Source: Takakia lepidozioides | Taxonomy: Eukaryota > Plantae > Bryophyta | Length of the DNA stretch: 64,000 nucleotides | Assembly: GCA_030704615.1 (NCBI GenBank) | Contig: CM060734.1 | Span: forward strand, 44,516,001 to 44,580,000 | Reading direction: 5' to 3' | Part shown: positions 37,370 through 50,485 of the stretch, one piece after another | Numbering within the stretch: position 1 is the stretch's first letter | How the letters are laid out: each line of letters starts with the position of its first letter | Position numbers and translations under genes: made by a program | The notes under the pieces: model-generated | The model's database searches: none | The model's input: the letters and a program-made list of their open reading frames with translations, nothing else | Told to the model about the DNA's origin: nothing

Positions 37370-39035
37370 TAAGAGGGACGGAGGCCTCAGAATTTTATAA
37401 ATAAAGGGATGTAAATATCCCCAAGGGAAGTACATGAGGAAAAAATAACCTCATCCTGAGTGCCATGGAGGCTAACTACGCTTCGTGACCAAAAACAATG
37501 AGGATTGAAGGCCGTACCAGAGACCACAGTGATCCAGAGGGCAGATCAAAGCAGCATAGAGCAGAACATGGCAAGACAAGGCCTTAATCAAATTGCAGCA
37601 GTCAGTAACTCCCACGCTTGTTCTTGTAAGGCAAGAAAGAAAGGTGAGTCCTAGATCTAGAGCTTCTAATAGATTTGCGGTGGCGCTAGTTCACTTCTGG
37701 CTCCTCACCCCCTGCCGGGGAGAGAATACTGAAGGAGCTCCCAGCCTGGAGGGATGGCGTCGTGCCAACGAATTCCGGATATTGATGAATCTTGAACGCA
37801 GAGTGTTGCTCCTTTCCCCCAAGTGGCGTCAAACTTAGCAAGTAATTGGTTCCTCCTTCTGCTGTTACATCTGCAAACAGCTTCCCTCAACACCCACCAT
37901 GCCTTATGGGCCTCAGACAAGAGGTCCGAGTGAATTAGGCTCAAAACAACTCTAGCACTGCTTGGTTTCATTGCAAAGACCCGTGGCACATCTGGATTTC
38001 CAGATTTGCCATAGAGTATGGGCTCAGAGGGCAGACCATACAGGGCAGACTGACCAGAGCTGGTCACTGGAGAAGTTCAAGAGCAAAACAACTTGGGCAG
38101 GGAGCATCAAGCACTTTCCATTGACTATAAAATGAGATGACTTTAGACCAAACAACAACAGCCAACGGACAGGTAACCAAGCAATGCTATATAGTCTCTT
38201 GAACCGAAGGGTGATAGAAGGAACAACACACATAGCCCTCTTGAAAATTCGTTGAAACCGGCAATATCCTATTCGCCAACTTCCACAGGAACCCACTGAT
38301 TTTGGAGGCCCTATCCTTTCTCCAAACATCACTCCAGATCTTCTTCCAGGAAGAAGGGCAGCCAGGCAGGTGAGACCACTTCGCAAACCATTTGGCATCG
38401 AAGGGAACGGGAGGCTTAAGGAGGGAAGCCCCTAGCTTAACAGAGTACTTGAAAAAAGGAGTGCGCTTTTCATCTTTCCAGGACCACTCGCCTGGATCGA
38501 ATTGAAGAAGGGTAATAGGACTTGAAGGAACCAATGAAGGTGAGGATTGGTGTGTTGCCCATTGACCAGGGATGGGTTTATCTCACCAGAAGCCAGGCAG
38601 AACGTGCGAATAGCTCCTCAATTTCAGCGAGGATGGGAGAGAAGAGACTGCCCCATGATTTGACATTGAACTTCCAACCCTGTAGGAACAGCCCATTTCT
38701 AGACAAAGCGAACAGTGCTGTGCTACCCTCATCATTATGAAAACCAACCCAAGCAGGAAGAGCTCTTTGGTTTTGAGGATTAGATGCCAACAATATCCAG
38801 TCCAGAGGGATATCTGCAGAAATGGCTTCCCATCCCCCACGAGAGCGCCTGGTTGACAGTGTGGAGTTAGCCACATCCCTTGGGAGAAGCGCCCCATTTT
38901 CCCAGATGTGGGAGAAGTGGCTAATATTGGCAGCCTCCCAATGAGCCCAACGGGTCACACATTTCAAGAGTGTCTCAGAGTTCCTGCCACCATTGCCAAT
39001 TAAAGGTTGCCTAGACACTTCTTCGAAAATGGCAG
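37370..39035 (-). mobile_element. L1-type LINE 3' portion (zf-RVT) with structured 3' tail
   Basis: WKKIW..VWR....KISGFLWKLANRILPV...CCSF...ETI.HC; tail hairpin ATGAGG-TTATTTTTT-CCTCAT. Confidence 0.75.
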
Positions 39036-39152
39036 GCAACGAGTTTCTGTTGCTTTGCAAAAGGCTCAAGCTCAATCTATTTTACGTCGGGCAGAGGTTG
39101 CTTGGGCGGCTTCATCTTTCCTGTTGTTTGACCTTCTTCAGGTTGTAGGTGA
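39036..39152 (+). mobile_element. C-terminal fragment of a restriction-like-endonuclease (CRE/R2-type) retrotransposon
   Basis: QRVSVALQKAQAQSILRRA matches the typical QRISIA.Q..NA.SIL end of such ORFs. Confidence 0.5.
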
Positions 39153-39570
39153 TACTAGAATAGTTTGATTTCTTTCATTGTGTTAATATATCTAGTTCTA
39201 CGAGCTTTGGTTGTTTCCTCTTGGGGTTGTTTCCTCTTGGGGACAGTTACACCCATTTGTACAGTCACCCCACTTGGGTCTTTTTATAAAGGGTCTTTTT
39301 ATAAAGCTATGCAGAGAGAGGTGAGACCGAACCCTGATCCATGCTGCCCAGATGGACCTCCAAGCCATAGAACCCACATTGGGGGTTGCATTATTAGAGC
39401 CACCTGCACTACCCATTTGAGGGAGGCAGGCCATAAACCAGAAGAGGAAGGAATTTTTTTCTTAAATTCAGTTTCTTTCTGTTATATCACATTGAGTTAT
39501 ACTGAGCTCCTTTCATATAGTGAGTCATGTTAGTTGCATATATTCAATTCAATCGACAATCAAGCTCTAG

Positions 39571-39712
39571 CATACCACCTCGGAAGTGGTTGTGGGTTCA
39601 ATCCACCCACCGATTGGTATTACAAAGGTGTCAACTTTCCTAATTAAAGGCAACAGCCCTACGAGATCAAAGAGACACCATAATTTACGGTTCCTTCAGG
39701 AGGTGTTACTCC
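39571..39712 (+). mobile_element. SINE, second copy of the 12781-12955 family (5' truncated)
   Basis: gtggttgtgggttcaatccac...aaggtgtc...aagagacaccataatttacg..ccttc.ggagg shared with the first copy. Confidence 0.7.
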
Positions 39713-40139
39713 TTTCAGTTTTATCACATTGACATCCATTATATTCAGCTCATTTCAAAAAATTCGTTGAAGTTTCATTATATTCAGTTCTCTTCATATT
39801 TATCCAACCTTCAGTTCCATTATAATTTTGTTTTTGATTTCTTTTCCCCAATGAATGTGATAGAAGTATTCATCTTTGAAACTTCGCATTCATTTTTTAA
39901 ATGATGTTTTTTGTTTTTAATTAAAAATATATATTCTATAATCCTACCCACAATGACGGTTATATACATTGTTTGTTTGACTCCATGGGTTATTTGTTGC
40001 ATTATACTCAATTGAAACTGCTTCAACATTGTATTGTGTATTGTATAAAGATTGGATTATTATACAATCTTTGCAAATGCCAAAAGATCTTCCTCAAAAA
40101 AATCATGTAGGCTTTGTTTGAATTATATACATTGGAATT

Positions 40140-41160
40140 GTCGCTTACCCAACTACCAGATCAGCCATTCCGACTCTCACGACCTTCAACATCACGCCGA
40201 CGCTCTCAAGACGATGGGCCACCAATGCGACGCGTACTTCCTCGTCTGAACCCCGTACGACGGCAAGTGGAGCCTACTCGAAGTCTGATAATTCTGTTGG
40301 AGGTTAAGGACGAAATCATGTTTGAAGGCAGCTTCGAAAATCAGAATGCTCAAATCACTGCGTGGTCCCAAGTTCAAGGTGTTGGACACTATTGATGGTT
40401 GCAGGGACCTATAAATCATTTGAGTCAAGAACGAAGAGCCGAATACTTGGCAAGTACCATTCGCCGGATTTTGGATTTTCTCCAACTCAAAGCAAGTCCA
40501 AGATTTTATCGCTCCTTGAGGAACTCGGCGCTAGAGGAAGGGGTGATGTCACGGACATAGCCCAGAAGAACTTACCAGGAGTAACTACCAGAAATTACCA
40601 AGTTACCATGTTACTGAAAGTTATCATGACTTACCGTGATTTATCATTACTTACCAAGTTACCGAAAGTTTACCAAATTACCAAGAGTAATTTTCTTAAA
40701 CTACTCAGGAAGCTTCCTTTGGAGGAAACTTCTCCATCAAGATACCTCATTTGTTTAAGAAAACTTCTTCATCAAGAAACCTTTGTTTAATCTTGAAAAC
40801 TTCTCCAGCAAGAAACCTTCATAAGAGGAAGCTTCTTGGGGAAGCTTCTTAGTAACTAGTATATATAGAAGGCGAAACTGGACACTCTTCAGTCTCGCCA
40901 ACACCAGTTCAAGCTACTCTTGTTTCCAGTTCCCAGTACTCTAGCCCTGTTTGCAGTATCTGGTATTCCAGTCCAGTTTCCAGCATTCCAGTATTCAAGT
41001 CGTGTTCCAATATCTTGTACTCTTGTTCATTGTTATAAAGATCGTCTCGATTCCTATTTACTCATCGTGCATTCGGCCACGTCGACCTTGACTTCTTGTC
41101 TAGCATTGTACCTCTAGTTTTATCTCTTGTTTATGTTCAGTCATGTTCTCGTCCTTGACA
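40140..41160 (+). mobile_element. 3' UTR, PPT and 3' LTR (40547-41160) of the chromovirus at 45307-50485, now inverted
   Basis: PPT AGAGGAAGGGG before TGTCAC; LTR is the reverse complement of 49854-50485; followed by ATAGG. Confidence 0.9.
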
Positions 41161-41371
41161 ATAGGTCTCCAAAGCCTCCATCCCATGCCCCTGTTGTGCA
41201 TACCCCTTCAAGCATCGCGTTCCACGACACCACATCTCGTTCAGCCAAGGTGTTGAAATTAACTCCCTTCGCATCCTTAATGCACCCACATTTGACATAC
41301 ATGTCCACCAGGGCAGTGTTCAGGATGACATCTGGTACAATTCCAGCTTTGACGATGTCACCACAGACCTC
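41161..41371 (-). pseudogene. PPR fragment, upstream part of the PPR gene hit by the chromovirus
   Basis: GDIVKAGIVPDVILNTALVDMYVKCG...GMEALETY; continues into 50486 across the TSD. Confidence 0.88.
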
Positions 41372-43870
41372 GCACTGAAGATATAATTTCTATGCCCGCT
41401 GGTCCAAGTTCCTTGCACTGTGCTTGTTTGCTAGCAGTAGTCTTTGTAACCACAGCTTGCTTTGTCACTCGGGTGCTGCATTTGTCATTGTGTGTGTGCC
41501 TTTCTCGTCCAAATGCAGCGTCATGTTCTGATTCCCGTTAATATCTGTGGGAGATGATAAGGGTACGAGTTTAGTTTAGCCAAAGACCCGTGACAAAAAA
41601 AGTTACAAAGTGCATTTGGATTCAAGCAACAGATGTTTGCTCCCATATTTGGATTGTGGATTATGGGAGGATACTGAGGTAGCATTGTGATTTTTAGTTT
41701 GCACTGTAATTGACATTTGGACACTGAACCAACCCATGGTGTCAAAACCTGAGCTGTCATACGCTCAGGCATTGAGGCAAGTTGAAGAAAACTGGACACA
41801 TCCCACAGAATTTTCTAGGGTGCCTCACATTCTTAAGGTGGAGAGGCCATGTCCTCTAAACATGCCAGATATGCATGTCCGCATAAGCCTCAACAATCAT
41901 AGTGGTAGCAATGAAATGTGACACTTCCAGGTCTTCTTGAACGTCCTTGTAATTTCTCGAGCTAATAAAGCAGGTCGGGGTTCACAAATGGGGGCATCAA
42001 CATATCACTTCGCAGATCTTGGCACTCTTCTCTAGTCTGCCGCTTACCTTACATAATGACGACCTAAAGACACTAATACAGACTCCATGGCAATCTCTTA
42101 CAATCACATTACACACTGTCTGGACTCACACAGAGCACAAGAAATTTCAGAAGGAGGACCTTTGTTTACCAGAACATCGTGAGCCAGCAATTGTACTGTT
42201 GAGGATTTTGCTCAGACAAGAAGAGAGAGCCCTTCACAGGAGACAGCCTGGGCCATGTTAGCTATCTGGCCCTCAAAGTGATAGCACCTTAAACGTACCT
42301 GTAACAGTGAGCTCAAACAGCTTCAAAACACAGCTTCCAAAAGTCAGATGGTCCCCTTGACACTAACCCTGGAATTGCAAATCCTGACACTCTCCTGCTG
42401 CAAGCAACGGACGATGCTTCCAAAAACCAGTCAAGGGCCAGCGGCCTGCGATACCGACTGCCATGAGTAACTGGCCCACATGCACTCACTGAATCCTAGA
42501 CTTTTGTGCCTAAACTGAGATTGCCAACATACCAATCATCGTCTTCTATATGCCCACTCAATACATTCCCAGACATCAGTCTCTAAAGCACACCAGTAAA
42601 TCCCTAGGGCCGTCGAGTCTAATTGCCTTATGAATATGCGATCACAATGTCCAAAAGCCTTCCAACCAGTAACATTGAGGTCCTTGGGCGCCGGTATTCG
42701 TGCAACCTCTTGCCAACCGAGTCCCGAGACCGTCTGTTTCCACACACAAAAACTCACAGCCTCACCAGTATTGTCATTCCAAATAACCCCAACCAAAACC
42801 AGGTGCCCCTTAAGCACTACAAGATTGAAGCCATAGCCGGCAATATAATTGGGCTTCTGCAAACGAACGCCTCCACCCCACACTCCAGAGGGGACGAACG
42901 ATGCCAGCATTGTCTCGCGGCCGTACAATAGGACATTATGATCATAGCCACACATCACATGTGTTAGCTCTGAGGGAGAGATCTCCGATCGCGTGAATTC
43001 AATCTGCTGCCATGTTGGGATCTCAATCCAGCAACTCAAGATAGAATCATACGACTGTGTGCTATAACCATCTCCACCCGCTACAATGAACTTGTAGCTC
43101 TTAGTGGATTTGTCCACCACCAATTTCTGTGCCTCTGGAATTGGAGAAATGGTTGTAGGAGGGAGGTCAGGCAATATTTTGAAGCTGCTTGATAGAGGAT
43201 TACACACTATGTACATTCTGTACCGTCTATTCTTGTCACGTGCACAAATCTCGATGACTAGCAGACCTCCATCTGCAGCACACAGCTATGGATAGACCCG
43301 CTGAATGTTCCACTCCTTCTTAGCATGCAGTATTAAGTCATTCACAAAATACAGGTCCATTATCCTACAAATGTCGCTTGCGGGATCATAAAGCTCAAGC
43401 TCCTTGGGTTCCCAAGAAATGTTGATCAGGTAGAATGGCTCTTTGGCAAGAGGGATTTGCTGGCAAAGTTCCAAAAAGTGGGGTGTAGACGGCAGCGAGT
43501 TCTAGCGCTTGCACACTACCCTCAAGCGGAAAAGGTTTGCACACGGCAAGCGAGCCAAGACCATGTCCAGTATGTCGGAAGGAAGCCTCCCCCACACCTG
43601 CTGGTCCAGCTCCACCATCTCTCCATGTGTAGTATCCATGGCTCCTGCACCTGCACCACCACTACACTCGTGAAGAGCAGCGGGAGCCTGCAGGCTACGC
43701 TACTTTGAAAGAGGGAGACGACCCAAGTTCCTGTAAATCCAAACCCAAGTTCAAAGCGGGCCTTGCCCTAGTTACTTACAAGAAAATTATAAGAAAATAA
43801 AAAGAGTGAGCCTGGCGGGAGAACTGTTATACGAGAATACCCCAACGATTTTTTTACATATAATAAGGCC
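41372..43870 (-). repeat. ~2.5-kb duplicated segment, inverted copy of 59638-62156
   Basis: End matches: gcactgaagata.. with ..tatcttcagtgc (62156) and ..catataataaggcc with ggccttattatatg (59638). Confidence 0.95.
42496..43639 (-). pseudogene. F-box pseudogene, copy of 59891-61033
   Basis: Two TGG>TAG stops (~43502, ~43286) and a 1-bp insertion near the 3' end. Confidence 0.9.
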
Positions 43871-43916
43871 CCCTGGGGTCACCTCATAAGTCAGCCTCAG
43901 GTCCGTTGGAGGGTCC

Positions 43917-43918
<2 letters not shown>

Positions 43919-43955
<37 letters not shown>

Positions 43956-44915
43956 GGTTGAATCCTTGATTACTTTATTAATAATTATTGAGGGGAAAAT
44001 AAATAAAAACCCCTTTGTCGCCATAAGGCACACACACCGTATTCAGTGTATTATGAGCTAATCATCTCCTGATGGAGATTAAGTTTGTAGAACAAAAAAC
44101 CGTGTCTCTACTGATGGACACTTACACAGAGATCAGCGATCCAGGAGCCAAACACCTCCGATTGGAAGAAAGTCGAAGAGACCAAAAAACAGGGCTATCT
44201 GCCCGAGACCTAAAGTCTTAACAACGCATACCCTACTCTGTCTGCGATGACGCAGGGGAGAGGGATGTTAGGAGAAAGTAATAAGGCCTTTAAGTATGGA
44301 GGAGCAGAGAAAGTGATCTATCTATAGTGCAGCTTAGAAGCAGTCGATGAAGGCTTTTGATGCTTCCAGTTAATGTCCTGTTCAAACTCCGGGGAAAGAG
44401 TGGAGAGGGGAGCTCGTTCCAGCTGCATTGGTCTTGCACAGGGCTGCTGTATATGAGGCCATGTCTGCCCAAGTGTGTTGAAACTTCCTGTGGAGCGAGT
44501 TGCATTCGTGGCGTCACGTTCAATGTCTGCACAGAGTTTGCCCCAGGCTTTCCTAGCCTCAGTTTGCAGATCCCAAAAAACAGTGGCAAAGAGAGAGGAT
44601 GTTGTTGTTGTGTGGCCTTGGAAAGTGTTTGTACAACACAGTTTTCATAAGTGCCACATTGCAGAGGCCCTGAGGGTTTCAAACACTAGGCAATTTATGG
44701 CTCTATTCTTGGAAACTGGATCATAGTTAAGAAGGAGGTATGTATCAGTGAGCTGTCTTCTGTCCCAACATCTATAGAATGACTTAACATAATGCCAGAT
44801 TTTGGCTGGTGCTTGACATGAGAGAAGACAATGTTCGATGGATTCCAAGACTGCAGTGGAACAGCAAGCACACAAGAGGGCTCCCTGGAACTGTAAACAT
44901 TCCCCAACAATTTTT
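43919..44915 (-). mobile_element. L1-type LINE 3' fragment with 36-nt poly-A
   Basis: CCSTAVLESIEHCLLSC..AKIW...WHLW; T36 at 43919-43954; tail hairpins at 43991-44029. Confidence 0.8.
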
Positions 44916-45200
44916 AAACCCGAACTGGGGGCGGTGACCCTGATTGAGCTTTATTAAAAACGGGCAAAAATAACATAGAGGAGGAAAAAGTAACCTCCTA
45001 GAAGGGCCGTAAATTTTATCGCATGGGGCACATCCCAGGACAAAACAGTGAGTAGGGGGAAGAGCGGGATGAGGCCTGCCATAGGCCAAGATGGACTAAG
45101 AAGATAAAACAAGCGAGATGAGAGATGATATTGTTATCAAGATATATGCCTAAGCCTGGCATAGGGAGCACTAGAGAAAGAGTGCTGGAAGTGTAGCTAT
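44915..45200 (-). mobile_element. Retroposon 3' tail
   Basis: AGGAGG-TTACTTTT-CCTCCT hairpin (44979-44998) followed by AATAAA. Confidence 0.55.
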
Positions 45201-45306
45201 ATATACTGATGTGTGGTGCTCCTCCCTCCTTAGCGTGTATCAGGTACATTGAATGTGGAGTCTTCACCTTGAAGCTAACTTGGCTGACATCATCGTTGTG
45301 ACGTCT

Positions 45307-48300
45307 TATTGACGTGTAGTTCGAGGCTTAGCTGGATATCGTTGATGAAACTCTTGGACTTTGTCAGATGCATTGGCGAGGTTGGATGAAGGTTCCCACG
45401 TTCGTTCGCTGATGTCGTAGCCTTTCTAATGTACGAAATACTCAAGACTTTTATACTTGATGCGAGAGTCTAGGACTTCGTCGACTTCATACTCAAGTTC
45501 TTGATTAACTTCGACTGGTGGAGGTGGTATGGATACTCTCCATGGAATATTCGATGGATGATACAACTCCAATAATGAAACATGAAAGACTGGATGGATG
45601 CGCATACTTCGTGGGAGTTCAAGCCGAAAACTGACCGGATTTATTTGTCGAATAATTTTGAATGGTCCCAAGCGTTGATAATCCAACTTCCTTGATGGTC
45701 GCGAGGTTTGTATGTCTCGTCGAAGAAGCCACACACGATCTCCGACCTTGAACTGGGGTTGGAGTTGGCGATGTTGATCTGCATACTCCTTGTATTGTTT
45801 TTGAGCTTCTGCGAGGTGGGATGTAACCTTGTGAATCGTAGCTAGATGAGTAGCAAGGTTTTCTGCAGCAGGGCTTCCAACAATCTTCATGTGGAAAGGG
45901 TTTGCTCGAGGATGATGACCATAATTGGAGAAAAATGGAGTTTGTTTGGTCGAAGAATGTATAGTGTTGTTGTAGGCAAACTCAGCCAATGACAGAAGGT
46001 CCATTCAATTATCTTGGTGATAATTTATCGTACAACGAAGATACTGCTCCAAAATCTGGTTTACACGTTCGGTTAGACCATCAGTATGTGGATGATTAAC
46101 TATAGAGAGGTTGATTTTAGTATCCAATATGTGAAATAATCCCCTCCAGAAATTTGATATGAACTGTGGTCCTCCATCAAATACGATGTCCTTCGGGAGT
46201 CCATGAATGCGGTAGATATTATTGAGGAAGAGTCTTGCAGTTTCCTCGCCGGTAACCGTCTTATTACATGGAATGAAATGTACCATCTTCGTAAAACGAT
46301 CTACAATAACAAGGATTGAATCGGTGGTCTTGGAAATTGAAATGTCCGTAATAAAGTCCATAGACACGGACGACCATGGACCCTCGGGAATGTGTAATGG
46401 TTGAAGAAGGTCGTAAGGTCGATGTCGTGGTCCCTTCGCTCTAGTACACGTGTCACAAGATTTTATGAATTCTTTCACGAGTTTCCACATCTGCGACCAC
46501 CAATAGTCCCTAGATATCAACTCCAATGTTTTGTTGAAGCCGAAATGTCCTGCAGCCGGAAGATCATGACATGTTTGAAGAATTCGAAGTTGTGTAGGTC
46601 CTGGAGGTACATAGAGAAGTCCCTTGAAGTAAAGTAAACCATCTTTGATTCGAAGTCGTTTGTAACATGTGGGTTGTCTCGAGGTTGATTTAGTTGACTT
46701 CGTAGTGTCGTAGCAAAATGGTCGCTCTTCAGTGCTTCCTGAATCTCCTTTATGATCTCTGCATCGTCATAGGTTGACATGAATAAACATATTCAATTGG
46801 AGATTTGCTGGTTTCAAGATAATGGATTTTTGTTGGTAAAAAACTGCATCCCCTTCTTTTGGCGCAAGATTCGATCGTCGAGAAAAAGCATCTGGTTTTC
46901 CTTGAAGATGTCTGGGATGGTAGGTAATAACAAAATCAAACCTTGCTAGTGACATACTCCATCTCGCTTGACATCGATTCAAAACACGAGCACTCATAAA
47001 ATAATCGAGGTTTTTGTGATCGGTATAGACAGTGACCTGATGTGTAGCTCCCTCCAATAGATGTCGTCACTCATCAAAAGCATCGATAATCGCTAGAAGT
47101 TCTTTGTCATGGATTTCATAATTGATCTCCGCAGCGGAAAATTTGCGAGAACGAAAACCAACAGGGTGGAGTCGGTCATCTGTACCGCATTGCGAGAGTA
47201 CCGCGCTAAGTGCAAAGTCCGATGCATCTGCTTATGTACCAGTATTGGAGCCGTTGTAAATGTCTGCTTCAGCCTTTCAAATGCCTGGTCAGCCTTCTCG
47301 TCCCATACAAATTTGTCCTTCCCTGTGAGTCGTGTCAACGGTGCAGCAATTTTGGAGTAGTCATTGATGAAGATTCTATAGAAATTTGCAAAGCCCAGAA
47401 AACATTGTACATCTCGGACCGAAGTTGGTTCAATCCACTCGATGATGGTTTGTATTTTCTTCTGATCCATAAAGACGCCTTTGTCGGAAATAATGTAGCC
47501 CAGAAATTCGACCTCAAATTGATGGAAAAGACATTTCTCCAACTTGGCATATAGTCATCTTTCTCTTAATTTATCAAGGACAAGGCGTATATGGCGGCAA
47601 TGTTCTTATTCATTCTGTGAAAATATCAAAATGTCGTCCAAATAGATGATTACAAAGTCATCTAAAAATTCTCGAAAGATGTCATTCATCATATGTTGGA
47701 AAATTGCTGGAGCATTGGTAAGACCGAAAGACATAACACTGTATTCAAAATGTCCATACCTTGTTCGAAAAGTTATTTTCCATTTGTCTCCTTCTTTTAT
47801 CCGTATAAGGTTATAGGCTCATCTCAAGTCGATTTTGGTGAAAATCTTCGCTTGTCCCAGCTGGTCGAGAAGCCCATAAATCAGCAGCAACGGATAACGA
47901 TTCTTGATTGTGACTTTGTTGAGACCGCAATAGTCGACACACATGCGTAATGATCCGTCCTTCTATTTCACAAACAAGATAGGCGCCCCCGTGGGTGATT
48001 TTGAATGTCGGATGAAGTGCTTCGACAAATTTTCATCAATGTATTCACGTAATGTAGCCAACTCCGTCTAGGATAAGTTATAGATTGGGCCAAATGGTGG
48101 TTGGGCTCCTTCGTGTAACTCAATTGCACAGTCATAAGGTCAATGTTCTGGCAACATGTCTGCATTTTTCTTCTCGAAGACATATTTGAAATCTTGATAT
48201 TGAGCGGGTAATGTTGAAGTACCTTTGTCTGTTGTGGTCTTGATCGGAGTCGCATAAAGTGCAAATATCGCCTCATTTTTGGTAGCTCTCATGAAAGCTC

Positions 48301-50485
48301 TAGCTCCAAGGATTAGGGGTTGAATACCTTTGATATTTCTATATTTTTGTCTTGCAGAAATTTTTCACGATCGCCAGTCGATGTCGGGATTGTGAAGTAC
48401 GAACCAGGGAAGTCCATGGATCACATGATTCGTTGGAGACTGGATGACATTGAAAACAATATGTGATGCTTGATCTTTAAGCTTCACTTCAAGTGGTCGA
48501 GTTTCATGGTCCACATTTCTTGATGCTAACGGTCGTCCATCGATGACTTCAACGGGGGCCGAAAGTTTCTTCTTTACGAGCGTTAAATTGTGTTGTTTCG
48601 CAAAGTTTTTGTCCATAAAACAAGCTGAAGCTCCTGAGTCCAAAAGTGCTTCTACAACGATATCTCGATTTTACACTCTGATTTTTACCGGAACTATGAA
48701 GCAAGGTGCGGGGTCTGGAGGTAGAAAGAGACATTTTTTCGGTAAGGAATTTGTGGTGTCCAGCTGCATGGTCCATACTGTGACTGGACATCGTCGTTTT
48801 TCGACCTCCTCGTATCGAACACTGGAGTTGTGCCCCAAGCTTTGAATCTTCTCTTGTTGGGACAGTTTAATGCTATATGATCTTCTTCTCCGCAATAGAG
48901 GCATAATCCATTCGAGCGCCGTCTTTGTTTTTCTTGTGGCGTCAATGGTTTGAATCGGACAGCATCAATCTGTATAGGATCACTACTGGATGCCTGATGG
49001 ATCGTTGTATTTGGTGTCGTAGTAGCACTGACATGATACGTCGTCGACCATCCAGATCGCTTCTCTTGACGTCTTTCGAACAAACGATTATCGCATGCAA
49101 TGACTTAGGTGATGAATTCACTCAGTGTGCTCACGTTTGGCATTGTCAACAACAAATCTTTTACATCATCTTTTAGTCCACATCGAAACTGACTAATGAG
49201 GCTCTTCTCATTCCAGTCGAGGTCGCACGCAAGTTGTCAAAATTCAGCAGCATAAGTGGAAGCATGACGTGCTCCTTCTCGAAGATTTCGCATCTTTGAT
49301 TCTGCAACTCTCTCTCTATCATTCTCTCCAAACGTTGCAGTGAACTCGGACATGAATGCTTCAAAATTATATAGTAAATGCGAATTTTTTTTCTAATAAC
49401 GGTGCAAACCAAGATAGGGCAGTGCCTGATAGAAAGGTGCCCACAAATCCCACTTGAATACCTTCATCGGGGTAGCGTTGTGGATGTAGTCGTAGGAACA
49501 GTCGTACTTGTTGAACAAAACCGCGAAATTTTGATCTCGTCCCATCAAATTTCTCGGACATGCTGATCTTTGGTTCTCTCGTAATCTGTTGAAGAGACAT
49601 CGTTGCAGTAGGAGCTGTTGCAGTAAGGACTTGTATGGTTGAAGATCCATTGTTCGACTCCTTTAACTCTGAAATTTGTTGTTGCAAATTGTGGAGAGCG
49701 TTGCCAAGATCTTGAGACTGATCAGCTTGCAATTGGGCGGTAGATGTACGAAGTTCTTGCATCTGGAGCTGCAGACTCTGCAATGTGGTGACCATTTCCG
49801 CAAATGTGCCTTCCATCTTAACTAACTAAAGAACAAACTTTAGTCTCGTCAACTGTCAAGGACGAGAATACGACTGAACACAAACAAGAGATAAAACTAG
49901 AGGTACAATGCTAGACAAGAAGTCAAGGTCGGCGTGGCCGAATGCACGATGAGTAAATAGGAATCGAGACGATATTTATAACAATGAACAAGAGTACAAG
50001 ATATTGGAACACAACTTGAATACTGGAATGCTGGAAACTGGACTGGAGTACCAGATACTGGAAACTGGGCTAGAGTACTGGGAACTGGAAACAAGAGTAG
50101 CTTGAACTGGTGTTGGCGAGACTGAAGAGTGTCCAGTCTCGCCTTCTATATATACTAGCTACTAAGAAGCTTCCCCAAGAAGCTTCCCCTATGGAGGTTT
50201 CTTGCTGGAGAAGTTTCCAAGATTAAACAAAGGTTTCTTGATGGAGAAGTTTCCTTAAACAAAAGAGGTATCTTGATGGAGAAGTTTCCTCCAAAGGAAG
50301 CTTCATAAGTAGTTTCCCAAGTTATTCTTGGTAATTTGGTAAACTCTCGGTAACTTGGTATGTAATGGTAAATCATGGTAGATCATGATAAATCACGGTA
50401 AGTCATGGTAACTTTTGGTATCATGGTAACTTGGTAACTTCTGGTAGTTACTCCTGGTAAGTTCTTCTGGGCTACGTCTGTGACA
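45307..50485 (-). mobile_element. Ty3/Gypsy chromovirus (Tcn1/Tf1-sushi-like): 5' LTR 49854-50485; gag, PR, RT, RH, IN, chromodomain; decayed
   Basis: EPKISMSEKFDGTRSKFRGF, CLYCG...H...C, DSGAS, YLDD, TDHKNL, SMDFI, DG..ER.NQ, GPF, YEVDEVLDSR...GYDISERTWEP. Confidence 0.95.

Noticed and set aside
40547-41160. Solo LTR
   Set aside because: Preceded by PPT and internal sequence, and shares its TSD with the LTR at 49854-50485.
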